From Hyphochytrium catenoides (Eukaryota > Protista > Hyphochytriomycota): a stretch of DNA of 64,000 nt. Position numbers and translations under genes: made by a program. Under the pieces are notes generated by a model that made no database searches, was not told the origin of the DNA, and saw only the letters and a program-made list of their open reading frames with translations. The stretch covers positions 62,001 to 126,000 of the forward strand of contig FLMG01001670.1 of the NCBI GenBank assembly GCA_900088475.1, read 5' to 3'. Of this stretch, positions 10,826 through 22,600 are shown piece by piece (the first letter of the stretch is position 1; the number at the start of each line of letters is the position of its first letter).

Positions 10826-13666
10826 TTATGGTCGCCCACCGCCCACGAAAGGATCATATGCGACCTCCACTGAGCCCGGAGGCATGGCTACACTGCCTGC
10901 CGATCGTGTTGACACGTTTCGGCTACTAGAAACTTTAGCGCTGACAACCTTTGCATTTGCGGCAAGTGCAGTGCTATGCATGAGCGTTTGCCCAGTATGT
11001 GCCGATGTTGGAGGAATAGGTGGCGCAGCTGGGTGTGCTTGCATATTAGGAGGAGGGTTTGGGGCGGCCGGAGAGGCTGGTGCTCTGTAGCTATGCTGGC
11101 CTGGCTTCTGAGAGTGTTGTCTGGAGACAGGACTATTCATGTTTGCATTTTGGGTGAGGTTGAATATGACGAGTGCGCGGTAGTAGAGGATAAAGTGGTA
11201 GCCAATAAGCTTCGCAAACCAGGCGTAGTAACCCTTGTGCGGATCTGACTCATAGAGTATGAACACAACATTGCCAACAATGAAGGGGATGTGCAAAACG
11301 GAGAGAGAGACAGCCATCGTCCAGATCCTTTCACTAAGGGTCCTTCTGGAAGGCTCTTGCTTTCTCTCCCCTCCTGCGCGGCCTATGGCGTTGATGAATT
11401 CATTCAAAGACTGGTTTGTGAGAATCTTCAGATCGCTTGTCTTCGCACTATCCGCCCACGACCTCTTTGCAGGCCCCAGGCCGCCATTCGAAGGAGAAGG
11501 TGCGGGCACAACCTTGTGTCCTCCTCCTCCTCCTACATCTATGTGTGTCGGTGAACTTGTTGCTGGGATCATTAGGCTTTCTCTTGCAGGGGGCCCGACG
11601 GAAGGGTCAACCGTGGTGCTAGCAAGTGTGGGCACATTTCGAAGGTTTTTGAAAGCTTCATCGGAACCGACCTTTGAGGCTTCTCCAGCAGTGATCTGAG
11701 GACGTTATACAGATGGTGTGAATTTAGAGTTCTACCCAGCTATCGCTATAGAGCTATGAGCCTCCTTTCAAGGTAGGTGGCGGACGACAGATAGGAAGAG
11801 GTATCAATAAGGCGGGAGAAGAGCGAAGAGTTGATATTCTCTTAGAAGAAAACTCTCTCTAGGGGGATGATGACGTCGGGTTTCGTACCTGTGCAAGCGT
11901 CCGGGGTGACATTTTGAGGCCTCCAGCTCCTGAAGCTCCTGAGAAGCTGGAGGCTCGTCTCCGACCTCTCGTTCCCTTTGTTCCTACGCTGGTAGTACTT
12001 CCTTTCCTTGACACAGGAGCGGGAGAGGTAGAACCGTCACCTTCCGCTTTCGCCTCCTCACCCACAACTCTTCCAGCAGCATGCGGGGAGCCGGGAAGTT
12101 TAGCCCGAGTCGTATGAGTTTTCTTAGCAGTTCCCAGCCCGTCGTCCCGCCCTTCCTCAGGTATGTCCGGGACACGCGAACTCGCCGCCTTAGCGCTGGT
12201 TACTTTGGCACTTGCAGCCTTAGCACTTTGCGTCTTTCTCTGAGCTCCTCTAGGCTGAACCGAGACGGAAGCCACGGACATTGCTGTGCGATTGGACTTC
12301 ACTTTTTCTGATTCCGCCAGAATCCTACTTAGTTTGGCGCCGCCAAGGAGAAGAGCTGCAGCCAGGACGAAGACCGAACCCGTGAGGACAATCGTGGCGG
12401 CAACGTCGTACTCTAAGTATGCTAAAACGGCATATAATATGCAGAAGAGTACCCCCACGCCAATTGAGAGGAGCTGGATATCTTTCATAGAGCCTACGAA
12501 GACCAGACAGGCATCCGGGAGAGAGGAAAGAGGTGAGTGGAAGTCATGAGCAAGGAAAGACGAAGGTGGAAGTAGGTCAAGGCCAAGGTTAGTCTCCACT
12601 ATCCGTTTCCCCTTTTCTGGCCCCTTGTGCCACCGTTTCTGTTGTCTCATAATCTCTGCCTCGCCGTTTTCATATATTGTGAAGTTGAGCAGCCCTATGT
12701 CCCCCTTTCACTAATAAGGCACCGAACTTACCAGCGCCATGACGCTTCATGGAACTAGCACTGGATGCTACATTCAGCCAGGTGAGGGCGAGGGAAAGGT
12801 CAGCCATTATGAGGCTGACTCCATACATAGAGGAAAGAAATGGGACCAGGTAGCGATCCATAGAAAATTTCTCATCAACATGCAATGCTGTCAAGAGATA
12901 GCAGACGTGGATCATGAAAGAAGATACAGCCCCCATTACGCCGTTCACGAGCAGAACCATTCCTTTCCCATTCGTGTATGTCAGCTGCAAGTTAAATAAC
13001 CGGCCAGTGGTTAGTTACATATTCTCTCTTCATTGCTCCGGTGCGGTTCCGGACTTATTTGCAGAACACGCAGAACTGTGCAGACGCATTGAATCCTTAA
13101 CCATACCTGTTGAGCATTAGGGCCATGCAACGGACGATTCCAAAAGACCTGGACGGTCCATCCAAAGACAAAGAGCAAAATGATAGCGTTGATGGCAGTA
13201 AAGCCTGCGCCGCCATAAGTTACCTATGAGGGTGAGCTGTTAGCCAGGATAGCACCCTGATCAATAAAATTTGGCATCCACGATACGTCAGAAAAGGCTA
13301 CAAGTCTCCAAACAAGATAAAAGTAGTACAGGAGGGGCTCACGTTGGAGGCACTGTTGCAGGAATTGCTCTCATTCCAGAACCCGTAGAACGAAGAGCAG
13401 GCGCAGGTCGTGAACGAAGACACGTTGCTAAGAGTTCCACCGAAAGTGTAGCAGCTATAGCCCCCAGAACATTCGATATTCTTGGCGCACGCTGGATGGG
13501 CGGGGTCATGTAGAGGAACAGTCTGTGTTGACTCCTTATCGTCAGCAGGCCGGTAGTCGCCGTCGCCGACGCCGCTCGTAACTAGAGGAGCGCAGACGAG
13601 AAGCAGGAGAAACCCTGCCATCCAGCCGACGACTCGGGCACGAAGGGACAAACTCATCTGGTCCAT
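10826..13666 (-). CDS. Signal peptide + 6-Cys EGF-like ectodomain + seven predicted TM helices with a very long TM5-TM6 loop (GPCR-like)
   Basis: Five exons join in frame; signal peptide WMAGFLLLLVCAPLVTSG; CAKNIEC..SC..CAC..SC; seven hydrophobic stretches (AINAIIFALCLW; VLLVNGVMGAV..; LVPFLSSMYGV..LTWL; LLSIGVGVLFCILY; ATIVLTGSVFVLAAALLL; IWTMAVSLSVLHIPFIVGNVVF; FAKLIGYHFILYYRALVIF). Confidence 0.7.
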
Positions 13667-15618
13667 AGTGACGCAAATCTATCACCTGTGCCACCCACCG
13701 CTTCGAAAGATTATCATGGCCTCGCTGATGATGTCCAGTCAATAAGAATGATGGCGAAGCTCATAGCATATTGGCGTGGGCGCAATAACTTTTCTTGGGA
13801 CGAGTACGGCGAATGTGCAACCCTATATCAGCAGGCAGAGGTCGGAATCGACTGTAGAAAGCCGGCGAAGAAGGAGTAGTCGGATCTAGCAGTAGTCTCC
13901 ATGATGTACGTGGAGGCAGACCCCTTAGGTTTCTTCTTCAAGACAAGATGAGCAATAGGAGGGAGACTCCAAAGGAGGAGGATGATCAACCTGGTCATCA
14001 CCTACCACCAACAGAACATAGCTCCGTCAGCGCCGCGCTTCTCTTGCATTGGGCGCTCTGTGGCGCCTGTCGCGCTCACAAAGCCACGCGCTTTCCAATA
14101 GAAAGAAGGCCAGCTGGAGATGAAACGGACGCTCAGTCAGGGGTCATGAGGTATCCTGAATATTAAACACTCCAAATGAGGTAGTTGAGGATGAAAGATG
14201 CATATATTCTCGATGTGTGCCTTAACCATTGCAATGGGAATGTAACGGCCTTGACAGTGGGGTTTCAGGTGATCGGAGGAATGGGATGAGCCGGCGCTAT
14301 GCCTCGACTTCGCAAGTCTCCCATCTGCTTTGCATAGAAGCAGCTCTCAGCTGCACTCTCAGTCATGGCAGACTTTACGTCACTTATCGACCTCTTTCAT
14401 TCTTCCTACAGGCACCACCACGCCCTGCTGTTGTCGTGCTTTCAGAGTCGTCTGCGTCCTACCTCTTCCTAGTTGCTAACTACCACAGGCATTGCGCCTC
14501 TTCTTGCAATAATCTTTTGGCTCTCCCACGAAGCACCTTTGCCATGCTGCTACATGGACCCTTCTCCAACCTTCGCAGTCGTATAGGATGGGGTCCCTTC
14601 GCTGTAGACATTTAAGAAGAAGGACCACGAGTATTAATGCGGATCGTGCTAAACTAACTCTCTGTTTGGACCACCTTACGGTGTGTTAGCTCAGGCAGTA
14701 GCCATGTCTAAGTGTTCGAGTTTGGTTGTAGGCTGGCTGTACTCTGGCGAAGGCTGGCCGTATGATGGGCTTTAACCAGCCCGCTCGAGGCAAGATACAA
14801 AAGGAATAGTCCACGGCAGAGTACGACGTGAGTAAAGTCAGCTTATAGCGAAGCCTCTCAACTGCAAGTGAGCAGTCAACAAGATTCTCAGGAGGTCACC
14901 TTGACGTCGACCACTTCTTACTGTCTGCAAGCCTTCTTTTCGCGATATTTGTCTAGGGCGATGGGAAAGAAAGAGCACAAGCACAACTCCTCAAGCACAA
15001 CTCCTCATAATTCTGGACGGGTTTTTGCAGCTCGTACGCATGTATGAGCTGACCTGGAATTATCCTTCCCAGAAGTAATATAATGGTGATGGAACAGTAC
15101 ATGTGACTGTTCAGCAGTGAACAATGGCGCAGAGACATGAAAAATCGCAGAGGCTTTCGATAAGAGTTGCAATCATAGCTCGTGCGTACGGAACTATACT
15201 ACTTTGGCCTCCCACTCATGTCCTGATAGATAAGATAGGACTTTGCCACTTATAATACCAATAACCTCTTTGTAATCCCTTGTCTGGCTCTGTCTCCCTA
15301 CTCTAGGGAAGACCCTGCTCCTAAAGTGCATCTATCGCGTGGCTCAATACCGGCTCTCTAAGTGACCTAAGGTAAGATGAGCCACCACCAATTGTGCACT
15401 CAGGACAGATAATGGCACGTCTTGGTGGGCACAGTATCCCAGATCAGCAAGCACCCATCAGCCGAACGGGAGTCTCAACGGTCTACTAAAGCCTGGTCAC
15501 CAACTTGTGTCCGCAATCGGTCTCGTGTTCCTACGGCAGCCTAACAAGGTCCCTACTGCCGGCCTGCCACTGCTCCTCCTGCAATGGCCAATGTTCGGTC
15601 GTTTGCCTCAGCATAACA

Positions 15619-16069
15619 CTAAGCTCTAAACTGCCAGTCCCTCCTACACATTGGGCATTGTTGCTTCGAGTTCTGTTGTGACCCGAGCCATTGCATTATG
15701 CAATGCATATGGAACGCATGATTACACTGGCCCCACACTGGATGGCAAGGTACGACGTTCGGTAAGATTGCTAGTAAATCGAGAGAATGAGGGCTTACCT
15801 GGTGGGCAGTCGTCCCCAGGAACTTTGCAGGTCGGACAGCATGCTTCAAAGGGCATTCTACAAATGCCGCAGCAGTCATCGTTCACATCCCATTTCCACA
15901 CAGCCACGCCGTGCCATCTGACCATGATTTATAAGTGTCAAATTCAGGCATGATAAGCTTTCGTCTGCTAACTCACCCTATCACCAGAATTATTGAAGAG
16001 TTCAGATAAGCTACAGCAGTATGCGATAACAAAGAAGAATGTGAGCTTACTTTTTATCTCGACCTTCAT
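15619..16069 (-). CDS. APC11: Anaphase-promoting complex subunit 11 (RING-H2); exons 16069-16051, 15977, 15917-15799, 15737-15619
   Basis: Spliced product MKVEIKRWHGVAVWKWDVNDDCCGICRMPFEACCPTCKVPGDDCPPVWGQCNHAFHMHCIMQWLGSQQNSKQQCPMCRRDWQFRA matches the highly conserved APC11 pattern. Confidence 0.95.
15977..15977 (-). other. APC11: Single-nucleotide exon (G) of APC11
   Basis: Minus strand reads ..ggtgatag|G|gtgagttag..; the upstream exon ends in phase 1 (AAA A|gtaagc) and the downstream exon starts in phase 2 (cag|A TGG); the G completes A|G|A = Arg. Confidence 0.8.
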
Positions 16070-16658
16070 TCCTCGAGTGCTTGGCTCGCACCTAATCTCT
16101 TTGATGAGCCTCTTTCTAATTTAAGTTCTTGGTTGGAGTCCGGCACAAACTCTCCACGAGTGCCAAAGACTTAAGACTGAGTACCTTTCCAGCTCCGAGA
16201 GCACCGCAGACTGCAGACGTGATGGGAAGGACCGTCAGCGAACAGACCTCAGATGAAGCTGACGGATCACGCGATGACCGATGAGGCACAACTCAATGAA
16301 GAAAAGATCATCAACAGCAAAAGAGTTAACTCTCTCTATGCGCGCCAAATTATGGCGTTCGAAAATGTAAAATGACTGTCTTTGAGAGAAAGAAAGACTC
16401 CCCTAAAGTCAGAATTACCCATTTCAAAATGTAACGTTGCGAACTTGCAAGCTACACACAGAAATCTGGGTTGATCTCTGGCTCTGCTCTCTTCTTCTTC
16501 AGAATCACATCATCAACAGCGACTTCAGAAGCGTGAAGGTCTGAAGAGGGCTAGCAGAGATCCATAGTGCGATAGATAAGAGAAGTTCAAGGACCGTCCA
16601 AGGCTGATGTGCATCAACAGCGCAGAAACCAACTACCTACAGCAGAAGTAAGCGTAGG

Positions 16659-19600
16659 ATGGAAGGCCGTGAGTCATCTGCCGTTCGGCGCGAAGGTGAT
16701 CACCATAGACCTTCAACACGACCTCCGCATGCCAGCTCAAGGCCGCAATATAGACGTCGCCGAAGTCAGGGTGCGCGAACTTTAGGGTCTGCTGGAGGGC
16801 AGGGACAGTCACCGTCTCAGCAGCACCACCCCACGCCGACCGCCACGATACCGCCAGCTGGGCGGTCCGCAGATGACTCCTCAAATGTGGGTGAGGAAAG
16901 TGATCTCCATGACGAGATCCCCGGTGCCTTTGTTGTGGGTGATGCTAGCACCCAGAGCGAACCATCAGCTGATGCTCGAGTGGTAGGAGAAGGGCATGCT
17001 GAACGTCGTGGAAGCCGAAAGTCGAATGGTATGGAGAACAAGTCATTTTCAGTTAGATCGTCTCTTGCACCGACAAGAGGTTTTTATACTGGCGTAGGTC
17101 GACATGGACGCAACCGAAGGCAGCAAGGGAGATCTCAAGGGGACACAGAGCTGGAAGCTAAGCAGGATGAAAGTGGTAGGAGATGCTTCGTTGTGTCTCA
17201 CCTACAGACCCATACTCTATGAGTAGATGTGACAGGATCACTCAACAATGCGGCCTAGCCTCTCGTCTTAACGCCAGGTCAATAATGCGAGCAGTGAAAA
17301 GCGGGAACGTAGGTGATCTCAAGGAGATACTTGGCAGCGGAGATAGAGAGATCGTGGCGAAGGAGCTAAACACACTTCAGCCTCCAGAAGATCATCAATA
17401 TCTGGGGAGACAGACACGAAACAGCAGAAGAAGACAACAACACACTCAACATGACGACGACCCACAGTCCTCTACGCCCTGCCAGTGCCCTCAGTGCCGC
17501 GGTCTTTCCCCCGATACTCCTTTGCTGTTAGGTAGGCTGTGTAGCTTACCCTATTCTGCCCTTGTCCTTCCGGCCTATAGCCAGTCGTCTTCATAATTGT
17601 TGAGTGTCCCCTAAGGATCGCTGCCATTTGGGCCATATATCTTCCTTCCTTTCATCTCTCTCTCTTCTTTCTCGTCAGTGCGGTTACTTCTTGGTTTTTC
17701 ACTCTTCGCTTGCTTTCCGCTATCACCGTCCTTCTCACGAGCCTTTCTGCCCTTGTCCTGGCTGTTTACCTAGCGGCGAGCCAGAATGACCTCGATATGT
17801 TTAAACTGCTCCTCTCCTACGGAGCCAGTATTACCAAGGTCAGCAGTCAGGGAGAGAGCTGTCTCAGCATCGCGTGTGGGTTCGGAGCGGTCGAACTGGT
17901 GCAGTTCTTCCTAAACATGGATGTAGACTTTTTGGCACTCAGGGATAAAGACAATATATTGAGAACCCCACTGTTAGTGACAGCAGGATGCAACCAGTGC
18001 GTGACAAGTATCTCAATAGCTTCTTAGTAGGCGCTTTGCGTCTCTTTCTGCCTCTCTACCGCCTCTCCTTCTAAGCATCCATATTTTCCTTGCCTAATGC
18101 TTTTCTCAGTCTTTGGGGAGCTCTCCTTCGCAATGCTTCATGGTTCTATCTACTCTCTGGCCGTCTAGTCTCGCATTCTCCCAGTTCGCATATAATCGTT
18201 TATTCAACCAATGTAGGGATCCGGCAAAATTTGCGGTGGCTCAAGAAATTGCGGACCTGCTGCTCCGACACGCTTCTAAGCAAGGGCCCGCTGCCGTGCA
18301 GGCCATGCTGGAAGCTCGCGATAGTCGTGGGTGGGGTGTTCTTCACCATTGTTGCGCAGCAGGGAACGCTGGGCTCCTGACATTTTTTTCGGAGTACAAC
18401 CTTAGGAGTGCCGAAGGTTAAGGCGTTTTCCTTTCAAGTAAATGACAAGGAACTATAGTGACACCGTTTTCGCAGGAAGTGAGGTCACCTTAAGCTACAA
18501 GGAGGTGGATTGGACGGTAATCAAGGTGATTGAAGACGAGTTCGAGCAACATTATCAGCAGCAAAATCAGCAATCGGCCACTAACTCAGGGGGTAAGGAC
18601 GCGCGGGTTGTGATGGGACTCAAAGACAGGCAGTCCTGGATGTTATGAAAATTTGGGTGTCAAAATGATCATTCACGAGGGCCATCAATCATCGACGAGC
18701 GGGTTACTTAAGCCCAGCTGGGATAACAACCTGGTGGAACCACTACAGCTCTGATGTCATGATGGACGACACTAATATGTAAATTTAGGATCAAAGAGAG
18801 GCAACAACAAGAACAAAAGAGCTAGAGCAGAGCCAGAAGAAGCAAACGCTAGCGATGAGAAAGCTATCAAGGGAGGACTGCAGGAAACGGACGGATCTAA
18901 CGTGAAGGAGGACCCCTGCCGCCGTTACTACGACTGCCTGCAGGCCCTCATAAATATTTTCGGTAGGGGTTGTGGTACCTTCATCCCAAAAAGCCTACGC
19001 TGCGTCTAGGTTTGTCTCATGGCCACAGCTTTTTCCCTTTCCCTCCTTCCGTCCTATTGCCCGGATACGAACCGTGGCGCTAAATACTCTCCTGCCTTGC
19101 ATTTGTAAAAACTACTCTGCAACAGGTTTTCGGCGCACGTTGGTTGCAGATAAGTCCCTGTCCATTTCTTCCAAACCATTGTTATTGCAAGTCTTGGCGC
19201 AGTTTGGGATCAGAGCATTCCTCAGAGAGGTAAGCACTCGTGGCAACTCCAAGAGCATAGCCCTCCGGCACAAACAACTATCACAAAGTAGTAAGACCTA
19301 CATGACGTTGCGGGCTGCTTTGCTTAGCTTAAGTCATGGGTAGCATCGTTTAGCAAGGGAGATAGAGACGGTATGACTTCCCCAGACTAAGCAAGATTTA
19401 CAGGCTTATGTGTTCTCGGATGATTTGGATGTCAGCGTGTTCCTGATGCACCTGGCCGGATCTCTTGGCAGCCTACACGAGCATCAACAGCAAAAGAAGC
19501 GCATTTTGCCCGAGTCCAAACAGCTGTGGGACAAGGTCATTAGAGAGACAAAGGACATACCAGATGTCGAGCTGAGGTAGGTTTATCTGTTCATGATCTT

Positions 19601-22600
19601 TCCTCAAACACATAATTCCGTATTCTATCGTTATAGACGATACTAGAGTCATCTACTACCTTCTTTCCATCAAATTTAAGTGTATCATGGCAGGGGGCTC
19701 GTTGGCGTGGTACTGGATCCAGGCATTCCAGAGGATCTCCTTCAGCGTTGGGTCCTCATTATAGGCGAATTGATGGCTGTGAGATCAGATAAAGGCGAAG
19801 AGATCAGAGAGGTTGACAATAGCTCCTCCTCAAATGATAACATCTTTGCAGACCCACAGCTGCATCAAGCTATTGCACTCTGTATGGCAAGACAAGGTAT
19901 GACTTGGTCTCACTTGGGGCAAAAAACTAAGTTGGCACCGTTTTTTAGTGCATGTGAGGTCTCACGTAATGTCCCCTTTGACAAGCAAACTGCTTGCTTT
20001 GTTTCATCTTTTTAGCGTATATTTGCATTATCTTGGCCTAGGTCTTCTTATGGGCCTTGGCGTACCTGATGCTCTATAGTGGCCTCACAAATCCGCCAGG
20101 CAACAAACTCCTGTTCGATCTGGTGGATGAGGACGATTCTGATGAAGAGGAAGACGATCCTGAAGGTCGTTTTGTCGGTCTCCTTGAGCTGTTTTTACGG
20201 ATCGTCATACCTACCAGCTTCAAAGCTATGGAGAGGAGAAGGAGAGGTCTCTCCCTTGACTATGTCTCTTTCTCTGCACTTCAATCTTCTTCCACGTCCT
20301 CTTACACTTCCAAGGAACACACTTCTCTATCTCCCTTGGCGCCCCTCAAAGACCTTGTCGTGCATGACAAGATTGAAAGTTTCATGAGTGTGAGCAATGA
20401 TCTTCAGCTCAAGTCTCGCTCTAGTAGAAGAAATAGAAGGAGAGGCGCAAACGCAAGAGATGGGGCCACGAGCCCTAGGGAATACTTAGATCTTATCTTC
20501 GGTCCTATGGAAAAAGTGTGGGCACTTCTTCGCATCTGCCTCTCATGCGTAGACACAGAGTTAGCAGAGCCGGAGCGCCTAGCTATACTTCTGCAGGCAA
20601 ATCACATACTAGACCAGGTGAGGTCCCGTAAGTTTGAGGCATAGTGCCCTCAGCGCGGCAGCTCCGCGTACAACTCCCTTCCCCTGGCACCTATGACACA
20701 CATACACTATCTAATAACTTGTGTTCCTATTTCTTCTGTCAAACTTTCGCATTTGGTCCGGGGGTGCTTGGATTAGGTTCAACGGATGTTATTTGACGCG
20801 TTGAAACGACAAAACTCACGGGCGAGGTACCCTCAGCAGTTGCAGAGCCTCCTGAAGGTGATGGCGGTTCCATGTGTTATTCCCTCTTGCAATCTACACA
20901 CCACTTCTACTCTCCTTTCTACAATCTTTACTGAGCCCAACCACATACCTCTCTTCTGCAGAAGCTGTCTATGAACAAGAAAGCCGTAGACCATCTTACC
21001 CGACTTTCACCGTCAAAGAAGTTCTCCAGCTTCGTTATCTCTCTGCGGGGTCCAGTCTCTAGATTGATACAGAGTGACCCTATCTTATTAGGCCAGTCTC
21101 TTGGAATGCTTCTGGCGGTGCCGGGTATGGTTAGCTTGCAAGTAAGTTGGCACAAACTCCACTCCCCCCACACATAACAGTCTGATTCTGAAGATCGTTG
21201 GTTTACTTTTCAGCGTAAGGTAGACTATATCAACCAAGAGCTTGAGTCAAGGAGCTACGAGAACCTAAACATTAGCGTCAATCGTTTGCTCACTTCCGAT
21301 ACTATTGAGTTTATCATACAGCAGGTGCGACAGCCTTCAGGGAGGGAGAATTAGCTAGAAAGGAAAAGACTTCTAATATTTTCAGGGAGAGCATCATGAC
21401 GTTGACTTTTTTCTCAAACTCGGGTTAGAGCCAAATAACTTTTCTACTATAGTTCTCACACTCACACAGAACGTTTTGCAGATAGCTAGCGCCTCACCTC
21501 GTACAATCCAGTCGGAGCTTGTCATACAGTTCATCAATGAGCCAGGAGTTGGAGAAGGCCCAGCAAGGTAAGAATACGCGCTTCAACCTCGTACCAATTT
21601 CAGAAAGCCGTTTCGGCGATACTGGGACATAGCGGGAGGCCGAGGAGTTAGCTTCGTCTGTCGATTTAAAAAGACGTACTGTTGCCCTGCCACAATTCTG
21701 CCCAGTTCGCTACCCCCTTGTCGAGTCAAAACCGGCAATTTCTTTGTTCTAAAGGGTTGCCGGTACGCTTTGCTATCTTCTTCCTGCAGGGAGTTCTTTG
21801 AACTTGTAGGGAGCTATTTCTTTTCTACAGTTGCTCCAAAGCCTGAACGCTCTGGCGCTAAAGACATGGAGAGCCCTGTCACACAGGAGCCGCCCTCGAG
21901 TGGTGTTCCAGAGTCTGTCTCTACATCGAGTGGGACATCCACGAACTCCGATTCTGCGCCAGGCTTCTCTTCAGCGGCCCCAACGACGAAGACCACAACA
22001 AGTATCGTAAACCTTTGGCTGGAGCGTGCGAGGCACGAGCTAGACAAGGCGAGAGCCAAGGCAAGCTCAAGGGCATGGCCTCTTTTTAAGACTAGTGAGG
22101 ATGGTAAGCTTCGTGTGGATCAGCTAGCATCTTACCACGCTTGGTCCACACCCTTACAAGGGGTTACTTTGATGCTTTCCCAACTCGTCATCTTCCTACT
22201 TTGCTTGCTGCGGCTAACACATTGGTTTTTGCACGTGGCTAAATGATCCATTCTCTCAGGCCTTTATCTGGTTATCCGCCCGGTCGCAACCACCGTATCC
22301 ACCTCGGGGCTTGAAGGAAGTGGACAACCGGATGAACGACTTCAGCTGTTTCAGTGTGTTGGGAGGGTGATCGGCCTAGCTATTCGTAACTACGTTGCCC
22401 TGGGAGCAAGGTTTAAGAGGGGAGCTGTCCAACTGCTTCTTGGAGGGGTGAGTAACCTTTCATCCCGCCCCACAGCTTGTCTCTTTCCCTCAGACTCTCC
22501 CTTCCTTTTTCGGGAACACCATAATCACCCGTCATAGTCCCTCCACAAATGTACAGCGCTCTTTCTCTATCTGACCTTGTTGTTGTTTACTCAGAACGAT

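Noticed and set aside
15722-15925. APC11 starting at MVRWHG (ATG 15925)
   Set aside because: That ATG lies in the intron just before cag|A TGG, and the upstream MKVEIK exon matches the conserved APC11 N-terminus and ends at a strong donor.
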